Shown here piece after piece: positions 37,419 to 45,860 of a stretch of DNA of 64,000 nucleotides (positions are counted from its first letter, which is position 1; each line of letters begins with the position of its first letter). The stretch covers positions 82,640 through 146,639 of the forward strand of contig CAKTZA010000001.1 in NCBI GenBank assembly GCA_934635045.1. The letters run 5' to 3'. The stretch is from an uncultured Kiritimatiellota bacterium (GTDB lineage Bacteria; Verrucomicrobiota; Kiritimatiellia; RFP12; UBA1067). The notes under the pieces were generated by a model, which was given only the letters and a program-made list of their open reading frames with translations, had not been told where the DNA came from and ran no database searches. The position numbers were made by a program, and so were the translations under genes.

Positions 37419-39167
37419 TTGGTCACGGCAGATGGCCCTCAAAAGACTTACTGCGAAGGCGAGACGGCCAAACTCTCCTTCGCATTCACCGAAATGTTCA
37501 ATTATTCTGACGGCTACCTGTTCCTTGAACCGATTGACGGGCCGTCACGCGCGCTTGTCGATTGCCCTGTTGCGTTCACAAAAGGCATTAGGATTTCTGC
37601 CTATTCAGCCTCGGCGATGCCCACCTATCTCGCGTTGAGGGACGGCTGGCCGAATTGTGCGCTCTCGTACAAAGTCATCGTGCGCAGCACACCAGATCCG
37701 AACGACGATACGAACATCATCGCCGACTGGGATTCGGATGTCATTACGCTCAACGTGACAAACGCCGTTCCGTCCGTGCTCTCGGTCTCGATGATGGATG
37801 GCGCTTTCATATATGGGACGAGCGGAGGAATGGCACAGGCCGTCGTGGGCATACAGAACGTGTTCGAGGTTGAAGCCTACGATCCGAGCGACATCGACCT
37901 TGAAGACGATGGCTTCGAGACGATCGTCCGCTTCTATGAGAATGGCTCGGTCTCGAAGACCGTAACGCTGTATGGGAACCCATACGGACAGCAGATCCCA
38001 CATGCATTCTCGGCAATCGGCAGGAACAAGATGACCGTTCAAGTCTACGACAAAGACATGTCGCCTGACGAAAGGCTTGCGGCGGACGAGAATCCCTTTA
38101 CGGTCTTCGTCGAAACGCTGAACGCGCCGACCATCGCGCTGACTTCTCTCAACAACAGTGCCGTCTTCGACGAAACCGAGACAGGAAGTACACGAGGTCG
38201 CATCAACGTAGCCCTCACTGTACCGCCAACCATGCTGGGTGCGGGACGCCTTACCGTCCACCTTGACGTTGAGCGCGTGGGTACAGATGACGGCAACTAC
38301 GCATTACCCGTCCTGAACACCACGGACTTGCAGTTCCAGAGCCCCGTCACGCAGCAAAGCGTCTTCTTCACTGCGCTTGACGGCACGCCACAGTGCGCAA
38401 GTGCGGGTTTCCGCCTCCGGGCGCGTGTGACAACGAACACGCCGTCGCTGGATGCGACGAAGACATTGGCTGAGTGCTACCAAGAGGGCACGTTCTCCTT
38501 CACGGTTCAGAATGTCGCGCCAGAGATCGGTACGGACGAAGCAACGCAGAGCATGATTCCCGCCACAATTGGCACGCCTTATTCGCTTGCCTGGACGGTA
38601 GACGATGTGGAGAACGACCAAAAAGCGATGAGTGTCTGTTGGGAGTACGAGGGAACCTCTGAAAAATCCACGATAGACGTGAGTGCCAGCAAACTCACAA
38701 AGGCGATCACGTTTACGACTGTGGGAGCGAAGCGCGTACGCCTCAGCGCATATGACAAGGATGGTGGCGCATGTGTTCGCGACTATTGCTTTTACGTCCA
38801 TCCTGTTTCTGAAGTGGTGGATGTGGGCGACAGCAAAACGGTGACAGTTCCCGGCGACTGGCTTGGGCAGAAGACGGTGCGAACAGCGGCAGACGTGGCG
38901 GCGAACGGACGGAAAGTCTGGGAATGCTATCTGCTGGGGTGTGACCCAGAACAAGCAGACGACGACTTTCGCATCATCTCATTCGAGCTGAAAGACGGAA
39001 AGCCAATCTTCACGTTCAGCCACACGGAAGACGGCTCTGGCTCATCGCTCGCACCACGTATCCGCACACTGGGCAAGGCGCGGATTGAAGACGCGGACTG
39101 GTCGGAAGTACCCGACGGCAACGAATCAGCGTTCCGATTCTTCAAGGCCGAAGTCGTATTGCCTTAA
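37419..39167 (+). CDS. C-terminal portion of a large PKD/Ig-like repeat surface protein; no credible start or signal peptide (probably 5'-truncated)
   Basis: Repeated ..KMTVQVYDKD.. and ..RVRLSAYDKDGG.. PKD-like strands. The C-terminal W.CYLLGCDPEQADDDFRIISF...RFFKAEVVLP module resembles tails of PVC-group surface proteins. Lower GC. The first in-frame start after the divergent promoter region is a TTG at 37419. Confidence 0.5.
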   Translation: MVTADGPQKTYCEGETAKLSFAFTEMFNYSDGYLFLEPIDGPSRALVDCPVAFTKGIRISAYSASAMPTYLALRDGWPNCALSYKVIVRSTPDPNDDTNIIADWDSDVITLNVTNAVPSVLSVSMMDGAFIYGTSGGMAQAVVGIQNVFEVEAYDPSDIDLEDDGFETIVRFYENGSVSKTVTLYGNPYGQQIPHAFSAIGRNKMTVQVYDKDMSPDERLAADENPFTVFVETLNAPTIALTSLNNSAVFDETETGSTRGRINVALTVPPTMLGAGRLTVHLDVERVGTDDGNYALPVLNTTDLQFQSPVTQQSVFFTALDGTPQCASAGFRLRARVTTNTPSLDATKTLAECYQEGTFSFTVQNVAPEIGTDEATQSMIPATIGTPYSLAWTVDDVENDQKAMSVCWEYEGTSEKSTIDVSASKLTKAITFTTVGAKRVRLSAYDKDGGACVRDYCFYVHPVSEVVDVGDSKTVTVPGDWLGQKTVRTAADVAANGRKVWECYLLGCDPEQADDDFRIISFELKDGKPIFTFSHTEDGSGSSLAPRIRTLGKARIEDADWSEVPDGNESAFRFFKAEVVLP

Positions 39168-39193
39168 CGTTACCGTATCTCAGACACACGCTC

Positions 39194-40103
39194 TCACGCA
39201 GTGCGCGTCGTTCGAGAGATTTTCTCGGCCCGTTCCTGTATGAGCTGAAGGACAGATGCGCAGCCCTGCGGAAGTCCGAGCGCATGAACGGTTGCATCGC
39301 ACACGCCTTTGCAAAGCGTCTGAAGACGCTTGAGGAGTTGCGGAAAACCAAGATGGAGTTCAGCGGACATCTTTTTCCAATGCCCATAGCAGATTGAGTC
39401 GATGGAGTCGCTGCCGCCGATCTTCATGGCCGGGCTTTTGGCGAGGGTCGGCCAGAAGACAGTCGACACAAGATCGTACCCCGGCGCCAACCGCCGCGCA
39501 CCTGAACGGTAAAGCATCGAATAGTTCTTGCCGTGGGCGTCTGCATTCCCAATGACGGCATTGAACATCAGCAAGTCCACGAACGCCAACACATCAAGCG
39601 CAGGAGCCGTCGACCAGCCAGAGCGGATGAGGCGCACGACTTCGCGCACGGCGAAGGCCACGCTCGCCAACCAGCAACGGACGAAGCGGGAGCGTCTCGA
39701 TGAGGTCAGCGAGTTCGGACACAGTCTTTGGAACAAACCCGTTTGCACATTGGCTTGGCGTTGCGTTCTGCGGAAGAATTGTCAATGCGCCCGCACATTC
39801 ACCACCAAGTGCCTCCAAAAAGGCGAAGTCATTTGTCTCGGCAATTCCAAGGTAAGAGGCAATTCGGCTTCTTTGAGATTCCTCAGGAAGAAGCCCCGCA
39901 AAGAACGGACGCAGTTCAGGGCCGCTGAACGGTTCCTCTCGAAGGGGGAGCGAGTGCGAGATGGGTTGCGCAACCGCAGAAGACAGATACCCCTTGTCAT
40001 AGGTAAACTGCTCTGAACCGCTCACAAACTTGTCGTAGAATCCGACACGCGAAGTGCCCCAATAAACGTCAAGCGTCTTGGAAATGCTGTCCTTCATGAT
40101 CAA
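39194..40103 (-). pseudogene. hipA: hipA (Ser/Thr kinase toxin), internally deleted and frameshifted
   Basis: N-terminal domain (39594-40103: ..SHSLPL..FFAGLLPEE..GGECAGALTI) and C-terminal kinase part (39194-39748: ..FNAVIGNADAHGKNYSML..LAPGYDLVST) lie in different frames. About 300 of ~440 codons remain and the SLAGxQxK region is missing. Confidence 0.7.
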
Positions 40104-40309
40104 AGCCGGGCGGTATCGTTTACGTCAAGCTGCATGCCTAATGCGGCCATGACTTGCAGCACTTTCCCGATCTGGCAGGTTGACTTTCCAGCTTCCAGAT
40201 CGACAATAAACCGAAGCCCCGTTCCGGCGACAAAAGCCAGTGCTGGTTGCGTCAGCCCTTGTCTCCTGCGAGCTTCACGGATTTTCAGTCCTATTTCACC
40301 TGATGTCAT
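40100..40309 (-). CDS. hipB: HipB-like XRE-family HTH antitoxin/regulator
   Basis: MTSGEIGLKIREARRRQGLTQPALAFVAGTGLRFIVDLEAGKSTCQIGKVLQVMAALGMQLDV; 69 aa; 4-bp overlap with hipA. Confidence 0.8.
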   Translation of the reverse strand: MTSGEIGLKIREARRRQGLTQPALAFVAGTGLRFIVDLEAGKSTCQIGKVLQVMAALGMQLDVNDTARL

Positions 40310-40312
40310 ATC

Positions 40313-40332
40313 AATTTCCCGAACGGTATAAT
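40313..40332. promoter_or_regulatory. operator site 1 (half-degenerate palindrome overlapping the -10)
   Basis: aatttcccgaacggtataat. The left half is identical to site 2. It overlaps the minus-strand -10 TGCTATTAT (40328-40336). Confidence 0.5.
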
Positions 40333-40362
40333 AGCATAATCCCGACGGCCTTTCAACGGCGA

Positions 40363-40382
40363 AATTTCCCGAACGGGAAATT
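40363..40382. promoter_or_regulatory. operator site 2 (perfect 20-bp palindrome)
   Basis: AATTTCCCGAACGGGAAATT is a perfect inverted repeat (9+2+9). Confidence 0.6.
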
Positions 40383-40412
40383 AGCCTCTCGCAAGGCAAG
40401 ATCTCGGCAAGA

Positions 40413-40432
40413 AATTTACCGTTCGGGAAATT
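40413..40432. promoter_or_regulatory. operator site 3 (near-perfect palindrome)
   Basis: AATTTACCGTTCGGGAAATT. The centres of sites 1, 2 and 3 are exactly 50 bp apart. Confidence 0.55.
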
Positions 40433-41092
40433 TTAAGCGGTCTGTCCGGAAGTCGTCTCTCGCCGCTCCCAGTCGCGGCGGTTGAGGCGCTCGCGAAGGT
40501 CTTTCCAGCCGGGGAGGCGTGCGTCCATCAGCGCATAGAACGCCGGGCCGTGTCCATGGACGGCGAAATGCGTCAGCTCGTGGACGACGACATACTCGAC
40601 CAGTTCGCGCGGCGCGTGCGCCAGCGCCTCGTTGTAGGTGATGTACCGCTTGCTCCAATGGCAGCAGCCCCAGACGGACGTCACCTTGCGGATCCGCCAC
40701 GTGACGTCGCGTTCGCCGAACCGCGCCGCCCACGTGGCGTTGAGTTCGTCCAGCCGCGCAGACAGGGCGGCGCGTTCCGCCTCCGTCACGGGTGCGCGCA
40801 CGATCGGCGGACGCGCCAGCACCTCGCGGCGTGCCTTCAGGGCCCAGTCCCACTTCTCCTTCAGGAACGCCTCGCCTTGCGCGAGCGTCACGCCGCGATC
40901 CGGCAGGGAAAGGCGCAACGTGCCGTCCGAGGCGATGCGGAGGTTGATTCGCCGAATGCGCTTGCGGACGACCTCGACCGGCACGCCGTCGATCTCGTTC
41001 CGCCCGACGCACAGCATCTGCTCGGAGGGCCGCCTGTTCGATCGCCAGCAGAACGCCCCCACGCAGTACCGAGTCATGTCTTCTGTCGTCAT
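40433..41092 (-). CDS. YgjP-like (DUF45/M48-type) metal-dependent hydrolase
   Basis: ..SVWGCCHWSKRYITYNEALAHAPRELVEYVVVHELTHFAVHGHGPAFYALMDARLPGW.. (HExxH plus the WG(s)C pattern of DUF45). Confidence 0.75.
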   Translation of the reverse strand: MTTEDMTRYCVGAFCWRSNRRPSEQMLCVGRNEIDGVPVEVVRKRIRRINLRIASDGTLRLSLPDRGVTLAQGEAFLKEKWDWALKARREVLARPPIVRAPVTEAERAALSARLDELNATWAARFGERDVTWRIRKVTSVWGCCHWSKRYITYNEALAHAPRELVEYVVVHELTHFAVHGHGPAFYALMDARLPGWKDLRERLNRRDWERRETTSGQTA

Positions 41093-41100
41093 GGCTGAAG

Positions 41101-41109
41101 ATTATACCA
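41101..41109 (-). promoter_or_regulatory. extended -10 (TGGTATAAT), leaderless configuration
   Basis: Reverse complement of attatacca, 8 nt from the ATG at 41092. Confidence 0.55.
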
Positions 41110-41136
41110 CATTCGCGACCGACGCTGAAGCGCGCG

Positions 41137-41919
41137 TCACCGCGTCTCGTCCAGCGGCGCGGGGCGGCGCTCGCGGAACAGGAGCGAGGGATTCCCCTTC
41201 AGCTCACCGGCGAGATCCTTGAGCGAGGACGCCGCGTCCGACAGGTTCTCCGCGACTTTCTCGATGTCGCCCTGGCAGGTCTCCATCATCGTCTGAACCG
41301 TCAGCATCGTCTTGGACATCGACGAGACGGACGCATTGACGTTGCTCCAGACCGAGGCGAGATCCATCGTGTTGATCTGGTTCATGACGCGCGTCGCCGC
41401 ATCGGAGAAGTTGTCCAGCAGGGAGATCTTCTGCGGCACGAACGGGTGCCGGGGCTTCCATGCGAACGTCTCCGCCGGCGCGACGCCCCTGTTGAGATTG
41501 CACTCGATGCGGGAGAGCCCCGTGATGCCGCTCGCCGTGACGGACGCCCGGAGGCCGCGTTCCTTCACGAGATAGGCGACGGCGTCCGCCGCCGCAATGC
41601 CCTCGTCCTCGAAATAGCCGAGCTTTTTCGGATTGAGCGCCATCAGGATGTAGATGCGCAGGTTGTCCGCGCCCTTCGCCTCGTACTTGTTGCCGACGAA
41701 GTCGATCTCGCGCACCTCGCCGATCTTCACGCCTCGGAAGTTGACGGAACTGCCGACGGACAGGCCGCTCACCTCGCGGTCATAGTAGGTCTCGACGAAG
41801 ATCTCGTTTCGATGGCCCCGCAGTCCGCCAAGATAGATGAGCGTGACGGCCGTCGCCACCGTCGCGGCGAGGATTGCGAAACCGATGCGGGCGTAGCTCG
41901 CATGATTGTCATTTGCCAT
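41137..41919 (-). CDS. mlaD: MCE/MlaD-family substrate-binding protein
   Basis: N-terminal TM anchor, then ..VSGLSVGSSVNFRGVKIGEVREI.. (MCE core). C-terminal coiled region. Confidence 0.8.
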   Translation of the reverse strand: MANDNHASYARIGFAILAATVATAVTLIYLGGLRGHRNEIFVETYYDREVSGLSVGSSVNFRGVKIGEVREIDFVGNKYEAKGADNLRIYILMALNPKKLGYFEDEGIAAADAVAYLVKERGLRASVTASGITGLSRIECNLNRGVAPAETFAWKPRHPFVPQKISLLDNFSDAATRVMNQINTMDLASVWSNVNASVSSMSKTMLTVQTMMETCQGDIEKVAENLSDAASSLKDLAGELKGNPSLLFRERRPAPLDETR

Positions 41920-42661
41920 TGTCTTCCCCCCTGTTGAAGAACTTGCGGACGAACGGGTCGTCCGACGTGTTCCGAAGCTCGCGCGGCGAACCGAGCGCGA
42001 TCATCGCCTGACGGGCCTTGTCGAACATCGCCGCGCGGTCGCCGATCTTGAAGACGCTCGGCAGCTCGTGCGTGACGACGACGAACGTCATACCCTTCTC
42101 CGCGCGCAGCCTCAGGATAAGGTCGTCAAGCGCGGCGGACGTGATCGGATCCAGCCCCGCACTCGGCTCGTCAAGGAAGACGACCTCGGGGTCGAGCGCC
42201 ATCGCCCGCGCGATCGCGACGCGCTTGCACATGCCGCCCGAGATCTCGCTCGGCATCTTGTCCGCCGCGTCCTCAAGCTCCACGTCCCGCAACCGTTCCA
42301 GCGCGCGCGTCCGCCGCGCCGTCTTCGAGAGACCCGAAAACTCCTCCAACGGCAACAGCACGTTCTCCAGGCAGGTCATCGAGCCGAAGAGGGCGCCCGA
42401 CTGGTACATGACGCCGATCTTGCGGCACAGCTCCGCCCGCGTCCGCACGCTCCATTCGAGCCCCGCGACGGTCAGCCGTCCCCCAAGGATGGGGTTGAGG
42501 CCCGTCATGTGCTTCATGACCGTCGACTTGCCGCAGCCGGACCCGCCGAGCAGAATGAAGATCTCGCCACGCGCAACCTCAAACGAGATGTCGCGCAGGA
42601 TCACCGCGCCGGGATAGCCGGCGTCGACATGCTCCAAGACGACAATGGGCTCACGTTTCAT
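41909..42661 (-). CDS. mlaF: MlaF-like ABC transporter ATP-binding protein
   Basis: Walker A GGSGCGKST, signature ISGGMCKRVAIARA, Walker B VVFLDEPSAGLD. 11-nt overlap with mlaD. Confidence 0.85.
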   Translation of the reverse strand: MKREPIVVLEHVDAGYPGAVILRDISFEVARGEIFILLGGSGCGKSTVMKHMTGLNPILGGRLTVAGLEWSVRTRAELCRKIGVMYQSGALFGSMTCLENVLLPLEEFSGLSKTARRTRALERLRDVELEDAADKMPSEISGGMCKRVAIARAMALDPEVVFLDEPSAGLDPITSAALDDLILRLRAEKGMTFVVVTHELPSVFKIGDRAAMFDKARQAMIALGSPRELRNTSDDPFVRKFFNRGEDNGK

Positions 42662-42670
42662 CGGACACCG

Positions 42671-43636
42671 CTACCTTGCCAACTTGATCTCAATCGGCAC
42701 GAAGAGATCCGGATTGAAGGCCCGCCGCCGGATCTTGTCCGCATACTCGTCCGAGTAATAGCGATCCGTCGCCGTCCGGTCCCGGCGACCGTTATAGCGG
42801 CGAAGCGCCTGATGCCATCCGTCGAAGGATCCGCGCGGCCGTTCGGCGGCCGGTCGTGCGGCGGACGAGAAGCCCTTGCGCGCGAGATAGCGAATCGCCG
42901 CGCGGACATTCTGCTCCGCCGTGCCCTCGTTTCGCTTTTCGGGTTTCTTCAGACCGACCAGCTCCTTTTCCGCACCCCAGTCGCCGGGCACGTTGACCTG
43001 CAGCGGATCGACCGCCCAGGCCGCCTTCGAGCGCGGGCCGTTCCCGCCCGTCTCCTCGATCATGTGCGCCTTGACCAGCGCCGGCAGGAGGTCGGCAATC
43101 GCCTCGGCCTGTCCGGGCGTACCGCCGCAGCCCTCGGCCTTGTTCGCGTTGAACTCGGCCGTCAGGCGCGCAATCAGTCCGTCATGCTCCTGATAGCGCG
43201 CCGCCTCGAATCCGCGAAAGATCGGAAGCCCGGCCTCGCCCGACTCGCGACGCGGACGCGGATGCCGCTTCGTCTGAGCCGGAAACCACTTCGCGATCCA
43301 GCGCTCGATCGCCCGGACGGTCTTCATCTCCTCGTCCGTCACAAAACGGCGGTCGACATAAAGCTCGCCCCAGTCGTTGAACGCCAGTTCGCCCAGCCCC
43401 GCCGTATCGACGACATGGCGACGGCCCTCGCTCGGCGGAATCTCCGCAATGCCCTTGCGGCGCAATTCGGCTTCGTGCGCCGCTTCGCGCGCGGTCGCCC
43501 GCGCGAAGACGTCCGCCGCGTCAAACACCAGCGGCAGGATCTCCATCACGGCCCTCGGATCGACCGCCACGTGCGCATCCGCCACACGCGGCGCGACGGC
43601 CAACACCGCCAGTCCAAGCAGGGCGCACACCGTCAC
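42671..43636 (-). CDS. secreted protein with lytic-transglycosylase (SLT)-like domain
   Basis: Signal peptide MTVCALLGLAVLAVAPRVADA. ..AHMIEETGGNG..DPLQVNVPGDW..NVRAAIRYLA..ALRRYNG resembles the SLT E-S/T .. GLMQ .. AYNAG layout. The assignment is tentative. Confidence 0.5.
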   Translation of the reverse strand: MTVCALLGLAVLAVAPRVADAHVAVDPRAVMEILPLVFDAADVFARATAREAAHEAELRRKGIAEIPPSEGRRHVVDTAGLGELAFNDWGELYVDRRFVTDEEMKTVRAIERWIAKWFPAQTKRHPRPRRESGEAGLPIFRGFEAARYQEHDGLIARLTAEFNANKAEGCGGTPGQAEAIADLLPALVKAHMIEETGGNGPRSKAAWAVDPLQVNVPGDWGAEKELVGLKKPEKRNEGTAEQNVRAAIRYLARKGFSSAARPAAERPRGSFDGWHQALRRYNGRRDRTATDRYYSDEYADKIRRRAFNPDLFVPIEIKLAR

Positions 43637-43646
43637 GGCCTTGACC

Positions 43647-45008
43647 TCACGCCAACTTGGCGAGCTTCGCGGCGAGGCCGATGTAGTTCGCGGGCGTCAT
43701 CTTGAGGAGGCGCTCCCTGTCGGCCTTCGGCAGCGGCAGGGCCTTCACGAAATCGCGCATGATCTCCGCCGTCACGCGGCGGCCGCGCGTCAGCTCCTTC
43801 AGCCGCTCATACGGATGATCCATGCCGACCTTGCGCATCACGGTCTGGATCGGCTCGGCGAGGACCTCCCAGTTATGGTCGAGGTCTTCCGCGAGACGCG
43901 CCTCGTTGAGCTCCAGCTTGCCGAGGCCCTTCTGGGTCGAGCGGATGGCGATGAGCGTGTAGCCGAAGCCGACGCCCATGTTGCGGAGCGTCGTCGAGTC
44001 CGTGAGGTCGCGCTGCATCCGCGAGATCGCGAGCTTGCGCGCCATGAAGCCGAGGACGGCGTTCGCGAGCCCAAGGTTGCCCTCCGAGTTCTCGAAGTCT
44101 ATCGGGTTCACCTTGTGTGGCATCGTCGACGAGCCGATCTCGCCCTTGACCGTGCGCTGCCTGAAGTAGCCCATCGAGACGTACATCCAGATGTCGCGGT
44201 CGAAGTCGAGCAGCACCGAGTTCCAGCGCGCGAGCGCGTCGAAGAGCTCGGCGATGCCGTCGTGCGACTCGATCTGCGTCGTGAGGCGGTTCTGGCGGAG
44301 GCCGAGCGAGCGAATCACCTTCGCGGACAGCTTCTCCCAGTCGACATCCGGGTAGGCGGAGAGGTGCGCGTTGAAGTTGCCGACCGCGCCGTTCATCTTC
44401 GCGGGCATGACGAGCCGATCGATCTCCGCCGCCTGGCGCTTCAGCCGCGCCGAGACGACCGCAAGCTCCTTGCCGACCGTCGTCGGCGAGGCGGGCTGGC
44501 CGTGCGTGTGCGCGAGCATCGGGACCTTCGCCGTCGCCTTCGCCATCTGCGCAATCGTCGCCGTCATCTCGTCCTGCGCCGCGCGCAGGATCCGCTGGCC
44601 GTCGCGCAGCATAAGCGCGTGGGACATGTTGTTGATGTCCTCCGACGTGCAGCCGAAGTGGATGAACTCCGTGCGCGTCTTGAGCGAGGACTTCGCGACC
44701 TGCTCCTTCAGGAAATACTCGACCGCCTTGACGTCGTGGTTCGTCGTCTTCTCGATCTCCTTCACGCGGCGGGCGTCGTCGAGCGAGAAGTCGGCCGCGA
44801 TCTTGCGGAGCGCGGCGCGCTCCTTCGCGGACAGCGCCTTGCATTCCGCAATGCGCGCATCGTCGCACAGGGCCTCCAGCCACGTGCATTCGACGAGCAC
44901 GCGCCGCTTGATGAGGCCGTACTCGGAGAACACCTCCTGAAATTCCGCACACTTGTTCGCATAACGCCCGTCAATCGGGCTGATCGCCAGTAGAGTATCG
45001 AGATTCAT
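43647..45008 (-). CDS. purB: adenylosuccinate lyase
   Basis: MNLDTLLAISPIDGRYANK.. parallels the known PurB N-terminus (..SPVDGRY..). Also ..SSTMPHKVNP.. Start re-assigned to the ATG at 45008 because the ORF-track ATG at 45017 lies inside the TATAAT box. Confidence 0.9.
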   Translation of the reverse strand: MNLDTLLAISPIDGRYANKCAEFQEVFSEYGLIKRRVLVECTWLEALCDDARIAECKALSAKERAALRKIAADFSLDDARRVKEIEKTTNHDVKAVEYFLKEQVAKSSLKTRTEFIHFGCTSEDINNMSHALMLRDGQRILRAAQDEMTATIAQMAKATAKVPMLAHTHGQPASPTTVGKELAVVSARLKRQAAEIDRLVMPAKMNGAVGNFNAHLSAYPDVDWEKLSAKVIRSLGLRQNRLTTQIESHDGIAELFDALARWNSVLLDFDRDIWMYVSMGYFRQRTVKGEIGSSTMPHKVNPIDFENSEGNLGLANAVLGFMARKLAISRMQRDLTDSTTLRNMGVGFGYTLIAIRSTQKGLGKLELNEARLAEDLDHNWEVLAEPIQTVMRKVGMDHPYERLKELTRGRRVTAEIMRDFVKALPLPKADRERLLKMTPANYIGLAAKLAKLA

Positions 45009-45015
45009 GTTCTGC

Positions 45016-45024
45016 ATTATATCA
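45016..45024 (-). promoter_or_regulatory. extended -10 (TGATATAAT), leaderless purB
   Basis: Reverse complement of attatatca, 7 nt from the ATG at 45008. Confidence 0.55.
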
Positions 45025-45029
45025 AAACC

Positions 45030-45737
45030 TCACGAGTCGTTGTGCACGGGGTCGGCGCCGGTGTTGCGCAAGTGGCGCTCCAGCTTGCCGAGGAGCCACG
45101 TGAACGTCATCACGAGGGCGAGATAGATCGCCGCGACCGTCAGGTACGGCGTGTAGACGGAATACGTCTGCGAACGGATGATGTCGCCGCCCTTCGCGAG
45201 GTCGCAGAGCGCGATATAGCCGACGATCGACGTGTCCTTCATCAGCACGATGAACTCGTTGCCGAGCGCGGGCAGCACGTTGCGGATCGCCTGCGGCAGG
45301 ATGATCTTGAGCATCGTCTTCCAGTAGCCGAGGCCGAGCGCGCGCCCCGCCTCCATCTGGCCGGGGTCGATGGACATGATGCCCGCGCGCAGGATCTCCG
45401 CCTGGTACGCGCCCGAGTTGATGCCGAACGCGAGAATCGCGACGACCACCTTGTCGAGCGACTTCAGGATGATGAAGTAGCAGATGAGAAGCTGCACCAC
45501 CATCGGCGTGCCGCGAATGATCGTCAGGTACACCTTCGCCAGCGCGTTGAGGACGGGGAAGCGTCCGTACTTGTCGTGCGACGAGCGGATGATCGCGACG
45601 AGGAAGCCGATCAGGAGGCCGAGCGCAATCGCCGTCAGCGCGACTTCCAGCGTGACGCCAAGCCCGTTCCACAGGTAATGCCAGCGTCCATTCTTGACGA
45701 AGCAGAGCTGAAAGTCGTCTATCAGGGACTGTATCAT
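45030..45737 (-). CDS. polar amino-acid ABC transporter permease (HisM/GlnP type)
   Basis: 235 aa with ..IIRGTPMVVQLL.. and EAGRALGLGYWKTMLKIILPQA (EAA loop). Confidence 0.88.
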   Translation of the reverse strand: MIQSLIDDFQLCFVKNGRWHYLWNGLGVTLEVALTAIALGLLIGFLVAIIRSSHDKYGRFPVLNALAKVYLTIIRGTPMVVQLLICYFIILKSLDKVVVAILAFGINSGAYQAEILRAGIMSIDPGQMEAGRALGLGYWKTMLKIILPQAIRNVLPALGNEFIVLMKDTSIVGYIALCDLAKGGDIIRSQTYSVYTPYLTVAAIYLALVMTFTWLLGKLERHLRNTGADPVHNDS

Positions 45738-45763
45738 GCGATCTCTTCAACGCGCGGTTCGCG

Positions 45764-45860
45764 CATTCGCCATTCGTTCATTCGACGATTCGATTATTCG
45801 ATTATTCGACAATTCGCGATTCGACAATTCGACGATTCGATTATTCGACAATTCGATTAT
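45764..45860. repeat. tandem array (~12 units) of ATTCGAnn octamers
   Basis: cattcgc cattcgtt cattcgac gattcgatt attcgatt attcgaca attcgc gattcgaca attcgac gattcgatt attcgaca attcgatt. The array abuts the stop codon (45857-45859) of the upstream SBP gene. Confidence 0.9.

Noticed and set aside
45764-45860. Possible CRISPR array or minisatellite-encoded peptide in the octamer repeats
   Set aside because: The units are only 7-8 bp with no spacers, and no cas genes are in the window. ORFs through them (FDNSIIR..) are artefacts of the repeat, except for the in-frame copy inside rsmB.
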